Under the pieces are notes generated by a model. That model saw nothing but the letters and a program-made list of their open reading frames with translations. It did no database searches and was not told where the DNA came from. A program made the translations under genes and the position numbers. A DNA stretch of 64,000 nucleotides from NCBI GenBank assembly GCA_963744995.1, contig CAVUWA010000010.1, positions 830,580 through 894,579 on the forward strand. Direction: 5' to 3'. This document shows, piece by piece, positions 38,450 through 51,726 of the stretch. The stretch is from Candidatus Eiseniibacteriota bacterium. Lineage in GTDB: Bacteria > Eisenbacteria > RBG-16-71-46. Within the stretch, counting starts at the first letter, position 1, and every line of letters begins with the position of its first letter.

Positions 38450-38477
38450 TTATCGGCCACCCGCCGCGCGGACTTGC
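38450..38477 (-). promoter_or_regulatory. Sigma28-like promoter upstream of the histidine kinase
   Basis: Minus strand GCAAG-N15-GCCGATAA. Confidence 0.5.
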
Positions 38478-38737
38478 AGGATTTGCGCACCCGCCGGGGG
38501 TCGCGGCCCGCCCGCCCGGGCGGGCGCGGGGCCGGCCCCCGCCCCGGGCCCTGCCGACCCGCCAAGGCGCTGCCGGGCCGAACGTTGTCCGCGCGGCCCC
38601 CGGAGATGGGAGGCGTGCTAGATTCCGCGTGCCCGGCGGCCGCCCCGGAGGCCCCGGGGGCCCGCCGGGGCGAACCCGCGCGCCGGGGACGCGGAAGCCG
38701 GACGCGCCCGGGGCCCGTACCTCACAGGAGGAGCCGC

Positions 38738-39753
38738 ATGCCGATGGAACCCGCGCGGGGCCGGATCGTGCTGGAGCGATTCGAGAGCCGCGTGCTCGCA
38801 GGGAACGCGCCGGGCGACCCGCACGTGCGCACCGTGCCCGTGTACCTGCCGCCCTCCTACGACGCTTCGCCCGAACGGCGCTACCCCGTCACGTTCCTGC
38901 TGAGCGGCTTCCTCGGCCGCGGCCGCATGCTGCTCAACGACGACCCGTGGAAGCCGCCGATCGACGAGCGGATGAACGCGCTGATCGCCCGCGGCGCGGG
39001 CGAGATGATCCTCGTGATGCCCGACTGCTTCACCCGCTTCGGCGGTTCGCAGTACGTGAACTCGTCCGCGACGGGCCGCTATGAGGACCATGTGATCGAC
39101 GAGCTGGTGCCGTGGGCGGACCGCACCTTCCGCACCCTGGCCGCGCGCGAGCACCGCGGCGTCGCCGGCAAGTCGTCCGGCGGCTACGGCGCGCTGACCC
39201 TGGGCATGAAGCACGCCGATGTGTTCGGCGCGGTGGCCTGCCACAGCGGCGACGTCAAGTTCGAGTACTGCTACCGTGGCGACATCCCCGCATTCATGAC
39301 ACACGTGCAGCGCGCGGGCGGCCTCGAGGCGTGGTTCCGCGAGTTCCTCGCCAGGGCGCACCGGAAGCACGAGGACTTCCTCACCCTCAACATCCTCGGC
39401 ATGGCCGCCTCGTATTCGCCGAACCCCGACACGACGCCGTTCGGCATCGACCTGCCGTGCGACCTCGCCACGGGCGAGATCCGCGAAGACGTCTGGGCGC
39501 GCTGGATGAAGTTCGATCCGCTCGTCATGCTCGATGCGCACGCGGACGCACTGCGCTCGCTCGAGCTGCTCTACATCGACTGCGGCTCGCGCGACGAGTT
39601 CCATCTCCACCACGGCGCGCGCTGCTTCGTGCGCGAACTCGAACGGCGCGGCATCACGCACGTCCACGAGGAGTTCGACGACGGCCACATGAACATCACC
39701 TACCGCTACGACGTGAGCCTGCCGCGGCTCGCGCAGGCGCTCGGGCCGGCCTG

Positions 39754-39754
<1 letters not shown>
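38738..39754 (+). CDS. Alpha/beta-hydrolase esterase (Fes / S-formylglutathione hydrolase-like family)
   Basis: VYLPPSY, YPV..LL.G, GKSSGG nucleophile elbow, DCGSRDE, DDGH; AGGAGG RBS. Confidence 0.88.
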
Positions 39755-41702
<1,948 letters not shown>

Positions 41703-41703
<1 letters not shown>

Positions 41704-41747
41704 AAAAAGCGCGGGGACGGAGCGGCCCATGCGTTCGCTCCGTCCCC
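41703..41747 (-). terminator. Intrinsic terminator oriented for a minus-strand transcript
   Basis: 12-bp perfect stem GGGGACGGAGCG/CGCTCCGTCCCC, with a T6 tract on the minus strand (A6 at 41703-41708). Confidence 0.75.
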
Positions 41748-41960
41748 ACAGGGGTGTCGATGCGCGAGGTGTGCCGCATCGAATGTTGCCCGGCCGGCCG
41801 GCTTCTTCCGCCGCCACCCTGGTCTCCGGCGGATCGAGCCGCTTGCCCCGATCGGATCCTCGAGTCCGTGGCCACTTCCCTGCCTGCTGGCCTTTCGGCA
41901 CAGCCCCCGTTGTACGAAAGCGGCCCCGGATTCGAGGACCCGATCGACCTTCCGGACGCC
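41703..41960 (-). ncRNA. Candidate structured small RNA, about 255 nt (sigma54-driven)
   Basis: 31-position stem 41849-41946 (26 Watson-Crick, 3 G-U on minus strand), GAAA-tetraloop sub-hairpin, hairpin 41757-41782, own terminator. Confidence 0.65.
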
Positions 41961-41970
41961 GGATCGACAA

Positions 41971-41986
41971 CGCAACCCGCGTGCCG
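41971..41986 (-). promoter_or_regulatory. Sigma54 -24/-12 promoter
   Basis: Minus strand CGGCACG-CGGG-TTGCG, GG-N10-GC spacing. Confidence 0.65.
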
Positions 41987-42187
41987 AACCGGCCATGCGC
42001 CTGCGTTCCGCCGCCGCCCTTCTGCGCCGCAACGAGTTGTGCGGGTGACCGGCCGTGCGGTGCGGACCGCCCGGCCCGGGCGCGTCTGCGGATTTCCGCA
42101 GCCGCTGCGGAAGCGGATGCGGATGCGGGCGCCACGCGCCGCACGCGCTTGCGGAGCGCGAACGGTCCGGGCGAGACTGCCGCGGCC

Positions 42188-42927
<740 letters not shown>

Positions 42928-42931
<4 letters not shown>

Positions 42932-44562
42932 ATCTCGCCGGCCTGCTGCGCTCGCGGCTGCGCATGATTCGCAACGGCTGGCGGGCGCCGGGCGGCGTGC
43001 GCAGCGCCCGGGCGCGGCGCGGCCACCCGGCCGTGGCGGTCACCCTGGTGCTGCTGCTCGCGACGATCTTCGCCTACGGCCTGTCGGCGCTGTTCGGTGC
43101 GCTCGCGGAAGGCGGCGCGCGCGCCGCCGCGGCCGCGCCGGTTCTGGCCCTCGTGCTCTCCGCCGCGCTCACCGGCATGCTGGTGTTCGACGTGCACCAC
43201 GCGGTGGCGTCGATGCTGCTCGACCCCGACCTGGACTGGTTCCGGCGCGCGCCGCTGCCCGCGCGCGTGGTGTTCGGCGTGAAGATGCTCGACTCGCTGC
43301 CGCGGACCGCGGCGCTGCTGGTCGTGCTGGCCGTACCGGCGCTGGCGAGCTGGGTGGCGCGCTACCCGACGCCGCTCTGGGCGTACGCGCTGTGGCCGGT
43401 CTGGCTGGCCGCGCTGTGGGCCGTGCCGATGGGCGTCGGCACGGCGCTCGGCATGCTGCTGCTCACCGTCGTGCCCGCGCGCGCCGCCCGTTCGGCGCTC
43501 GGCCTCCTCTCCACCCTGACGCTCGTGGTGCTCTGGTTCGGGAACTCGTTCCTCCTGCCGCGCCTGGTGGAGCACGGCGAAAGCCTGGTGGCGGGCCTGC
43601 GCGCGGGCGGTGGCGTGCCGGTGTGGCTCGCGCTCGTCTCGCCCGGCCATGCGATTGCGCTCGCGCTCGCCGCGGCGGCCGGCGGTGACGTCGGACGCGC
43701 ATGCCTCGCGACGCTCTGGCTCGCGTTCACCGGTGCGCTGTCGCTCGTGCTGGCGGCGCTGGTGGCCCAGGCGACCTTCGGTGCGCTGCAGGACGCGCTG
43801 GCCGCACCGGTCGGCCGGCGGCGCGCCCGGCCGCGGCGCCGGGTGCGGCCGGCGGCGATGCACGCGGGCGCGCGCGGGCTCGCCCGCGCCGTGATCGAGC
43901 GCGACATTCGGCTGTTCATGCGCGACTGGACCGTGCTCGGCGACATCCTCACCGCCGCCGTCCTGTGGACCCTGCTGCCGTTGCTCAGCGCGCGGCTGGT
44001 CACCGCGACGCCGGCGCTGATGGTGCGCGCGATGCTGGTCGCGCTGACGGTGGGGCTCGGCTACGAGATCGCGGCGCGCTCGGTGCCGTTCGAACGCCGG
44101 GCCCTGGTCTGGGCCCGGCTGGCCCCCGTCACACCCCTTCGCTGGGTGTGGGCCAAGTGGCTGGCCACCGCGACCCTGGCGGTCCCGATCTTCCTGCTCG
44201 CCGGTCTCACGCTCGCCTGGGCCGTCCCGCTGCCGGCCGCGGAGTGGGTCGGAACCGTGGCGATCTGCCTCTCGGCGCTCGCCGTGGCCCTTTCGCTGGG
44301 CCTCCTGACCGGGCTGATCTTCGGCGATCCGGACTGGACGAATCCGCGTGCCATGCTCACGGTCACCGGCCGTATCGTCGCTACCGGCCTGCTGTTAGCT
44401 CAGGCGATCGGGTGGCTGGCGTGGTCCGCGCTCGGCTGGATCCACGGCGGCGCCATCGAGCGCTCACTCATCTGGCTCCCCCCGCTGGCCGCGGCGGCCC
44501 TGGTGGTGGCCGTGACCGGGTCGGCGGCCCGCCGCGTCGCGCATTTCGGTCAGCGCCACTAA
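42928..44562 (+). CDS. Putative ABC exporter permease
   Basis: Many TM segments in two repeats; ATGA overlap with the ATPase. Confidence 0.75.
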
Positions 44563-44610
44563 ACCATTACAAGAAGGGCATCAAGGTCGAGTGGCGGACG
44601 CAAAAGGACC

Positions 44611-44638
44611 TTGAAATGGAGGGGGCAGGCTCTATACT
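44611..44638 (+). promoter_or_regulatory. Sigma70-like promoter for the two TWG-tail protein genes
   Basis: TTGAAA-N16-TATACT in a locally AT-richer intergenic region. Confidence 0.55.
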
Positions 44639-44873
44639 TCATGTGCTGACGAAGAAGTGTATCCTGCGCCGAATGACTTCGGCATGCCTTGACGCCGCGA
44701 TCCCCCCCCAATCGACGGCCTGCGAAGTGTTCTTGTCAAAGGAAGATCCGCCTTCACGGCGCGTCCTCTAAGGAAGGAAGGTGATACTCAGCGCGCTTCC
44801 GGCGGCCTCGAATGCCGCCACTCCGTTGCACCACCACCGAGCTCTGCATCAAGTCCCCTTGAGGAGGTGGCCG

Positions 44874-45593
44874 ATGAAGCGTACGGCTTTGCTACTTCTT
44901 GGCGTGTTGCTGGTCATTCCGATGACGGCAAACGCTGCAGATGAGTTTCTGCTGGGCTTTTCGGGCTTCGACTACGAAACCGGCGCCGCCGGTGGCGCGG
45001 ATCCGACGCCCAATGTGTATCTCGCGGCCGGCGACTACTACGAGATGGTCGGGTTCATCACGAGCTTCGGCCCGCTGCTCTCGCCGTATACCGATGCTTC
45101 GGTCGAGGAGTACACGATCTTCCTCACCGGCCTGCAGGTGACGACCCGCTCGTTCTTCGCGGGCTTCCTGAACTGCAGCTTCACCAACGGCGGCCGCGTC
45201 CGCTATTACTCCGACCTGCTGCAGAGTTACGGCGGCGTTCCCGCCGACTACGGCACCAATCCCCGCAACGCAACCGCTCCATCGACGTTCACCGACGGTG
45301 ATGGTTCGGGTCTGCTGCGTCTCGGGGGCAACGTCGATCAGTTCAACCTGACCTACGACTTCAACACCAACACCGGCAACTGGTCCGCCAACGTGGTGCT
45401 CGACGAAGGCGACTACCTGAGCTACATCCCGGTGGCGCAGCGCGGCGGCTGGATTCTCGGCGCGCAGGCGGGACAGCCGAATCCGACGATCCCGACCGGC
45501 TACGACAATCAGATCCAGGGTGAATGCCGGATTCCCGACGTCACCCCGACGTCACATCAGACCTGGGGCGCGGTGAAAGCCCTCTACCGCTAA
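44874..45593 (+). CDS. Secreted beta-rich protein with C-terminal TWGAVKALYR motif
   Basis: GAGGAGG RBS, signal peptide ending ANA, Thr/Gly/Asn/aromatic-rich body, ends VTPTSHQTWGAVKALYR. Confidence 0.85.
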   Translation: MKRTALLLLGVLLVIPMTANAADEFLLGFSGFDYETGAAGGADPTPNVYLAAGDYYEMVGFITSFGPLLSPYTDASVEEYTIFLTGLQVTTRSFFAGFLNCSFTNGGRVRYYSDLLQSYGGVPADYGTNPRNATAPSTFTDGDGSGLLRLGGNVDQFNLTYDFNTNTGNWSANVVLDEGDYLSYIPVAQRGGWILGAQAGQPNPTIPTGYDNQIQGECRIPDVTPTSHQTWGAVKALYR

Positions 45594-45631
45594 ACCTCAA
45601 CGACGACCAACCGTCTCCAGGAGGCCAACAC

Positions 45632-46384
45632 ATGATTACTCGGAAGATCGGGCTGGCGGCGTTGCTGGGGTTGATGAGCGTGCTAGCGTTCTCGGTGCCT
45701 GCGTTTGCCGCGGGTCCGTGTGACACCGGCACGTTGATCGATTGGGACGCTGACGCGTTCGCCTACGAAACCAACTACGCCTATCTGACGTCCAATGCAG
45801 GAAGTCAGCTCACGATGGTGGGTGTCGTGAATCTGTTCTGCGCCCCGCTCAACGTGAATGACCCGTTGGACCCGACCACGGAATACACCTTCTACTTCTT
45901 CGGGCTGATCTCGCAGGGCACCAGCATCATCCCGGTGGGCACGGTCACGGTGTACAGCACGAATTACGATCAGGGCTACTTCTACATCATCAAGGGCAGC
46001 CCGCGTAATGCGCCGCTGGCGACCACGCCGATGCCGGCGAATCCGCCGAACGCGACGGTTCCTCTGAACTTCGTGGACGGCACGGTGATCCTGCAGGGCG
46101 ACCTGAACAACTTCAACACGACGGTCACCCTCGGTGGCGGTGGTGGCGTGAGCGGAAACTTCCGCGGCGACTATCGCTTCACGGGCGGAACGCAGTTCAA
46201 TCTCGTCGCCGGCCAGACCGACGGGCTGTTCACGGGCGTGTGGTGTGCGCCGGTGATTCCCGATGGCTCGATCTGCGACGTGCAGCCCGGCTACTCGGCG
46301 CACCCGGACGGCAAGTTCGATGCGTCATCCGCGACCCCGACGGCCAACAGCACGTGGGGCGCGATCAAGGCGCTGTACCGCTAG
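45632..46384 (+). CDS. Secreted beta-rich protein with C-terminal TWGAIKALYR motif (paralog-like)
   Basis: AGGAGG RBS, signal peptide ending AFA, ends ATPTANSTWGAIKALYR. Confidence 0.85.
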   Translation: MITRKIGLAALLGLMSVLAFSVPAFAAGPCDTGTLIDWDADAFAYETNYAYLTSNAGSQLTMVGVVNLFCAPLNVNDPLDPTTEYTFYFFGLISQGTSIIPVGTVTVYSTNYDQGYFYIIKGSPRNAPLATTPMPANPPNATVPLNFVDGTVILQGDLNNFNTTVTLGGGGGVSGNFRGDYRFTGGTQFNLVAGQTDGLFTGVWCAPVIPDGSICDVQPGYSAHPDGKFDASSATPTANSTWGAIKALYR

Positions 46385-46401
46385 GCGTTTCGACGCAGCG
46401 C

Positions 46402-46443
46402 AACCCGGCACCCCGGCCTGGCCGCGGGTGCCGGGTCTTTTTT
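46402..46443 (+). terminator. Intrinsic terminator closing the TWG-protein operon
   Basis: ACCCGGCACCC...GGGTGCCGGGT stem followed by CTTTTTT. Confidence 0.85.
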
Positions 46444-46457
46444 GGGGGAGGAGCAGC

Positions 46458-46805
46458 GTGGCGCGCACGATCCTCGCCGTGGTCCCGGACCTGTTCTTCG
46501 CCACGCGCATCCGCGAGGTCGCGGCGGCGAGCGGCGCGAGCGTGCGGGAGAGCACGTCCGCCGAGGCCGGCGTCCTCGCGAGCGAGACCGGCGCCGCGCT
46601 GGCGATCGTGGACCTGCATGGGGTCGCCGATGCCGCGGCCACGGTGCGCGCCCTGCGTGCGGCTGCGCCCGGCATGCGCATCGTCGGATTCCACTCGCAC
46701 GTGGATACCGCCGTGCGCGATGCGGCGCTCGCCGCCGGTGCGGATCAGGTGCTCCCGCGTTCCGCCTTCACGCGGCGCCTCGCGGAGATGCTCGCCGGCG
46801 CCTGA
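46458..46805 (+). CDS. Atypical stand-alone receiver (REC-like) domain protein
   Basis: ILAVVPDLFFATRI, AIVDL, IVGFHSH, AGADQVLPRS; conserved Lys replaced; GGAGGAG RBS. Confidence 0.7.
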   Translation: MARTILAVVPDLFFATRIREVAAASGASVRESTSAEAGVLASETGAALAIVDLHGVADAAATVRALRAAAPGMRIVGFHSHVDTAVRDAALAAGADQVLPRSAFTRRLAEMLAGA

Positions 46806-46900
46806 CGCCGCTTTCGCCCTCGCGGGCCCGCGGCTATACTCGCGCCGTTCCCGCCGCGGGCGACCGCGGCCCCGATTTCCCTTTCCACGGTTCGCCCACC

Positions 46901-47068
46901 ATGACCGAGCAGAGCGCGCCCACCGGCGCCACCGAGCGCGTCCGGATCTCCTGTCCGGGCTGCGGCCGCAACGACTACGTGAACTGGCCGGTCGGGCAGC
47001 AGACCTATCACTGGAAGTGCTTCAACTGCTCGAAGGAATTCGATCTCGAGCGCCGGAGAAAGCATTGA
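46901..47068 (+). CDS. Small zinc-ribbon protein (55 aa)
   Basis: CPGC...CFNC pairs; TATACT upstream near 46835; stop overlaps the next TTG. Confidence 0.65.
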   Translation: MTEQSAPTGATERVRISCPGCGRNDYVNWPVGQQTYHWKCFNCSKEFDLERRRKH

Positions 47069-47826
47069 GGCGGACCCTCGCGCTCTGCGCCCTGCTGGCG
47101 ATCGGCGCGGCCCGGGGGCCCGCGACGCCGGCGCGCGCCGAAGCGTCCGACCCGAAAGCCGTGGCGATCGCGGATGAAGTCATGCAGGCGCTCGGTGGCC
47201 GGGCCGCGTGGGACGCGCTGCCCGGGCTGCGCTGGACGTTCGGCGCCACGGTTCACGACACGGTGCGCGGCACGCCGCGCCGCCACGCCTGGAACAAACA
47301 TACCGGCTGGCATCGCGTCGAGGGCACCGACCGCGCCGGGAACGCGTACGTGATCATCGACAACATCGACACCGGCGAGGGTCACGCGTGGGTCGCCGGA
47401 AACCCGGTCGAGGGTGATTCGCTCGAGAAGCTGCTCGAGTTCGGCAAGGCGACCTGGGTGAACGACGCCTACTGGATGCTGATGCCCTACAAGATGCGCG
47501 ACCCCGGCGCGATCCTCGGGATGGACGACCCCGTCACGGTCGAGGGCAGGCCCTGCGACCGCATCACGATGCATTTCGAGCAGGTGGGCCTGACGCCCGG
47601 CGACCGCTACTGGGTGGACGTCGACCGGGCGACGCACCGCGTGATCGCCTGGGACATGGTGCTGCAGGGAACCAAGCCTCCGCCGGTGCACTACACCTGG
47701 GAAGGCTGGGAGGAGCACGACGGGCTGTGGTTCCCGACCGCGCATCGCCGCGACGACCGCAACGTGTTCACCCGCGACGTCGAAACGGTGCAGCACTTCC
47801 CCGCCGGCACGTTCACCGCGCCCTGA
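47065..47826 (+). CDS. Secreted hypothetical protein
   Basis: Signal peptide; IADEVMQALGGRAAW, WVNDAYWMLMPYK, GLTPGDRYW segments look family-conserved. Confidence 0.7.
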   Translation: MRRTLALCALLAIGAARGPATPARAEASDPKAVAIADEVMQALGGRAAWDALPGLRWTFGATVHDTVRGTPRRHAWNKHTGWHRVEGTDRAGNAYVIIDNIDTGEGHAWVAGNPVEGDSLEKLLEFGKATWVNDAYWMLMPYKMRDPGAILGMDDPVTVEGRPCDRITMHFEQVGLTPGDRYWVDVDRATHRVIAWDMVLQGTKPPPVHYTWEGWEEHDGLWFPTAHRRDDRNVFTRDVETVQHFPAGTFTAP

Positions 47827-47885
47827 CCGCCGTGCCCGCGCCCGGCACGCCGGGCGCGCGGCGCGCGTTCTCCCGGGATCCCTCC

Positions 47886-48551
47886 GTGTCCGACGCATTC
47901 CGCATCAGCGAGATCTTCCACTCCCTGCAGGGCGAGGGGCCGAGCGCCGGTACGCCCGCGGTCTTCGTACGCCTGCAGGGTTGTGACGTGGGCTGCGTCT
48001 GGTGCGACTCGCGCTACACCTGGTCCGCGGACGGCGGGGACGTGCTCGCACTCGATGCGGTGCTCGAGCGCGCCCGCGCCGCGGGCGCCGCGCCGCTGCT
48101 GGTCGTGACCGGCGGCGAGCCGCTCGTACACCCCGGGATCGTCCGCCTGCTCGAGCGTGCCGCCTCCGGCTGGCCCCGCGTCGAAGTCGAAACGAGCGGC
48201 ATTCAGGCGCCGCCGCTCGCGCGCGACACGCTCCACTACAACGTATCGCCCAAACTGCCCTCTGCCACGCCACGCTGGGAAGCGACGTGGGCGCACGCGC
48301 CCGCGTGGATCGCCGAGCCGCGCGCGACGTTCAAGATCGTCGTGGGTGACGACGCGGATCTCGGCGAGGCCCTGCGTCTGATCGACGCCCATCGCCTGCC
48401 GCGGGCGCGCGTGATGCTGATGCCCGAAGGGCTGACCGACGCCCGGGTGCGTGAGGGTGCGTTGCGACTCGCCGGTGTCTGCCGCCGCGAGCGACTCCGG
48501 CTCTCGCCGCGGCTGCACGTCTGGATGTGGGGGGCGAAGCGTGGCGTCTGA
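47886..48551 (+). CDS. queE: 7-carboxy-7-deazaguanine synthase (radical SAM)
   Basis: [46 protein letters not shown]. Confidence 0.93.
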   Translation: MSDAFRISEIFHSLQGEGPSAGTPAVFVRLQGCDVGCVWCDSRYTWSADGGDVLALDAVLERARAAGAAPLLVVTGGEPLVHPGIVRLLERAASGWPRVEVETSGIQAPPLARDTLHYNVSPKLPSATPRWEATWAHAPAWIAEPRATFKIVVGDDADLGEALRLIDAHRLPRARVMLMPEGLTDARVREGALRLAGVCRRERLRLSPRLHVWMWGAKRGV

Positions 48552-49251
48552 GCGTCGTGCCGTCGTCCTGCTCTCGGGCGGGCTCGATTCGACCACGTGC
48601 CTCGCGTGGGCGCGGGCACGGGGCTTTCTCTGCACGACACTCGCGATCGACTACGGCCAGCGGCACCGCGTCGAGCTGGACGCCGCGCGGCGCGTGGCCG
48701 GCGCGCTCGACGTCACCGACCATCGCGAGGTGAAGGTGGATCTCACCGCGATCGGCGGCTCGGCGCTCACCGCCGATATCGCCGTGCCGAAGGGCCGCGA
48801 CGCGGCCGAGATCGGCGCCGGCGTCCCGGTGACGTACGTGCCGGCACGCAACGCGCTGTTCCTGTCACTCGCGCTCGGGCTCGCCGAGGTGCTCGGCGCG
48901 ACCGACATCGTGGCCGGGATGAACGCGCTCGACTACTCGGGGTATCCCGACTGCCGTCCCGAGTTCGTGCGTGCGTTCGAGCAGCTGGCCGCGCTCGCCA
49001 CCCGCGCGGGCATCGAAGGCGCCTCATTCGAGATCCACACGCCGCTGATGGCGCTCGACAAGGCCGGCGTCGTGCGGCTCGGTGCGTCGCTCGGTGTGGA
49101 CTACGCGCTGACCCACTCGTGCTACGATCCGGCGCCGGGCGGCGCTGCATGCGGTCGCTGCGACGCGTGCCAGTTGCGCCGGAAGGGCTTCACCGGAGCC
49201 GGCATCCCGGATCCGACCCGCTACGTATCGCCCGGACGTTCCGCACGATGA
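48541..49251 (+). CDS. queC: 7-cyano-7-deazaguanine synthase
   Basis: [33 protein letters not shown]...CGRCDAC. Confidence 0.96.
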   Translation: MASERRAVVLLSGGLDSTTCLAWARARGFLCTTLAIDYGQRHRVELDAARRVAGALDVTDHREVKVDLTAIGGSALTADIAVPKGRDAAEIGAGVPVTYVPARNALFLSLALGLAEVLGATDIVAGMNALDYSGYPDCRPEFVRAFEQLAALATRAGIEGASFEIHTPLMALDKAGVVRLGASLGVDYALTHSCYDPAPGGAACGRCDACQLRRKGFTGAGIPDPTRYVSPGRSAR

Positions 49252-49613
49252 GAGTCGAGCTCGTCAAGACCTTCGGTTTCGAAGCGGCGCACCGGCTGCC
49301 CATGGTGCCGCCCGATCACAAGTGCGCGCGCATGCACGGTCACTCGTTCCGGGTCGACGTCGAAGTCGCGGGCGAAGTCGACCCGGCGACCGGATGGCTC
49401 GTCGACTACGCGGAGATCACCCGCGTGGTCGAGCCGCTGCTCAGGGACGAGCTCGACCACCGCCCGCTCAACGACGTCCCCGGCCTCGAGAACCCGACCT
49501 CCGAGATGCTCGCCGTCTGGCTGTGGAAGCGGCTCGCGCCGACGCTGCCAGGCCTCAAGGCGATCACCGTGCACGAGACCTGCACGGCGCGCTGCACCTA
49601 TCGCGGCGCGTAG
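49248..49613 (+). CDS. queD: 6-carboxy-5,6,7,8-tetrahydropterin synthase
   Basis: [30 protein letters not shown]. Confidence 0.95.
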   Translation: MRVELVKTFGFEAAHRLPMVPPDHKCARMHGHSFRVDVEVAGEVDPATGWLVDYAEITRVVEPLLRDELDHRPLNDVPGLENPTSEMLAVWLWKRLAPTLPGLKAITVHETCTARCTYRGA

Positions 49614-50018
49614 CACGCGGACGCCGGCGGCCCGCAATTCGGCCCCCGCCGGCGCCGTTTCCGTTCGATCCCATCAAACTCCCGCCGGCTCCGAACCGTC
49701 GTTCGCGAATCGGTGCCCGGAGCCCGCCGCCTGACACCGCGTCAGCCGCGCGGACCGCCGGTGCGCACCGGCCGCGCGCATGAATTCCGCCTTTCCACGG
49801 CTCCCGGGCTTCGCGTGGCCCCGCAGCCGGCCGTGCCCGCCGAGTGCCGTCGCGCCGGGTGCCGGCGGCGCAGGCTCGAACCGAGCGAGCGCCGTTCAGG
49901 AATTGGCAAGCCCGTGGCGCGACGCATCGCCCCCTGCTTTGCTTCATCACAGGAATTGATATCTTGCGTGGGTCGCAGGGCCTGCTCTTCCCATTTCGTC
50001 CACCGACGGGAGCTGTTC

Positions 50019-50930
50019 ATGAGCCAGCGCGTCTTCCTGACCGGAGCCAGCGGATATCTCGGCAGCGCCATCGGGGCGCGGCTCGTCCGTGCCGGCCACG
50101 AAGTCATCGGCCTCACGCGCCGCGAAGAACGCGCCGCGTGGATCGAGTCGCTCGGCATGGCACCCCTGGTCGGCGATCTCGCGAAGCCCGACGACTGGAT
50201 GGGCCGCCTGCAGAATGCGGATGCGGTCGTGCATGCGGCCGCCGACCCCGATGCCCAGGCGGAGCAGGATCAGCGTCTGCTCGAAGCGGTGCGCGCAGCC
50301 ATGATCGACGGGCGCGTGCGGCGCCTGCTCTACACGAGCGGCATCTGGGTTCAGGGCGACACCGGCGGCAGGGTGCTCGACGAGAGCGCGCCGCTCGAGC
50401 CGCTCGCGGTTTCCAGATGGCGGGCCGCGCACGAGGAAGTCGCGCTCGACTACATCGAGAACGGCCTCGAGACCGTCATCCTCCGGCCCGGCATCGTCTA
50501 CGGCGAATCACGCGGTATCCTGGGGAAGTGGTGGCGCGAGGCGCGCGACGCGCACACCGTCACCTGGCCCGGCGACGGCACGCAGCACTGGTCCGTGGTC
50601 CATCGCGACGACCTGGCGGACGCGTACGTGCTCGCGCTCGAGCATGCCGGTCCCGGCAGTCGCTTCTACCTGGACGACGAATCGCATCCGCGCGTGCGCG
50701 ACCTCGCCGAAGCCGTGGCGCGCGTGACCGGCGCGACCGCCCGCGGCTCGAGCCGCGAAGCCGTGCTCGAACGGCTCGGCGACTACGGCGAGGCGCTGCT
50801 CACCGACCAGCAGTTCAGCGCCGCCGCCGCGCGGCGTGACCTGGGCTGGGTGCCGCGGCACACGTCGTTCGTGCGCGAAGCTGAAGGGCTCTACGGCGAG
50901 TGGCAGGCCGGCCAGAAGACGGCGGTCTGA
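50019..50930 (+). CDS. NAD-dependent epimerase/dehydratase family protein (atypical SDR)
   Basis: VFLTGASGYLG Rossmann motif, LYTSG.WV.G, LRPGIVYG, VHRDDLA. Confidence 0.9.
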   Translation: MSQRVFLTGASGYLGSAIGARLVRAGHEVIGLTRREERAAWIESLGMAPLVGDLAKPDDWMGRLQNADAVVHAAADPDAQAEQDQRLLEAVRAAMIDGRVRRLLYTSGIWVQGDTGGRVLDESAPLEPLAVSRWRAAHEEVALDYIENGLETVILRPGIVYGESRGILGKWWREARDAHTVTWPGDGTQHWSVVHRDDLADAYVLALEHAGPGSRFYLDDESHPRVRDLAEAVARVTGATARGSSREAVLERLGDYGEALLTDQQFSAAAARRDLGWVPRHTSFVREAEGLYGEWQAGQKTAV

Positions 50931-50931
50931 C

Positions 50932-51726
50932 ATGAACGTTTCGACGAGCGCTCTGGTGCAGGCTGCGGCCGACGTCGCAACCCGCATGGGCACGACGGCG
51001 CTGCGCCGCTACCGGATCGGCATCGCCGCGCGCGCGAAGGAGGACGGCACGCCGGTGACCGATGCCGACCTCGACGCCGAGGGCGCCGCGCGCCGCTGGA
51101 TCGAATCCCACTTCCCGGGCGACGCGATCGTCGGCGAGGAATACGGCGGCGCGCCGTCCGCGACGGGTCGCAGCTGGTACATCGATCCGATCGACGGCAC
51201 CAAGACCTTCATGCGCGGCGTGCCGCTGTGGGGCTCGATGGCCGCGGTGGTCGAAAACGGCGTGGTGCTCGCCGGTGCGGTGCGCTACCCGGCGCTCGGC
51301 GAGATCATCGCCGCGGGACGCGGCCTCGGTGCGCATGCCAACGGCGTCCGCTGCCACGTCAGCGAGGTCGCGCGGATCGAGGACGCGCTGCTGCTCACGA
51401 CCAACGCGCGCTCCGGCGACGACGCGATTCCGCGCGAACGCTGGCGCTCGCTCGCCGACCGTGCCGCGCTCGTGCGCACCTGGGGCGACTGCTACGGCTA
51501 CCTGCTGGTCGCGAGCGGCCGCGCCGAGGTGATGTACGATCCGAAGCTCGACCCGTGGGACGCCGCGGCGGTCGAAGTGATCGTCGAAGAAGCCGGCGGC
51601 CGCTTCACCGACGTGAAGGGCGAGCCGGGCATCCTGGGCGGCAGCGGGCTCGCTACCAACGCCGTGCTCGCCGACCCGGTGCGGGCGGCGCTCGGTGCGC
51701 GGACGGACACCGAGGCAAAACGGTGA
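50932..51726 (+). CDS. Inositol monophosphatase family protein (HisN-like histidinol phosphatase)
   Basis: KEDGTPVT.AD, GEE, IDPIDGTK.F.RG, WGDCYGY, PWDAAA. Confidence 0.9.
   Translation: MNVSTSALVQAAADVATRMGTTALRRYRIGIAARAKEDGTPVTDADLDAEGAARRWIESHFPGDAIVGEEYGGAPSATGRSWYIDPIDGTKTFMRGVPLWGSMAAVVENGVVLAGAVRYPALGEIIAAGRGLGAHANGVRCHVSEVARIEDALLLTTNARSGDDAIPRERWRSLADRAALVRTWGDCYGYLLVASGRAEVMYDPKLDPWDAAAVEVIVEEAGGRFTDVKGEPGILGGSGLATNAVLADPVRAALGARTDTEAKR

Noticed and set aside
49897..49960. CAGGAATTG direct repeat and a weak sigma54-like TGGCAAG-N4-TGGC
   Set aside because: Two mismatches to consensus and no supporting context
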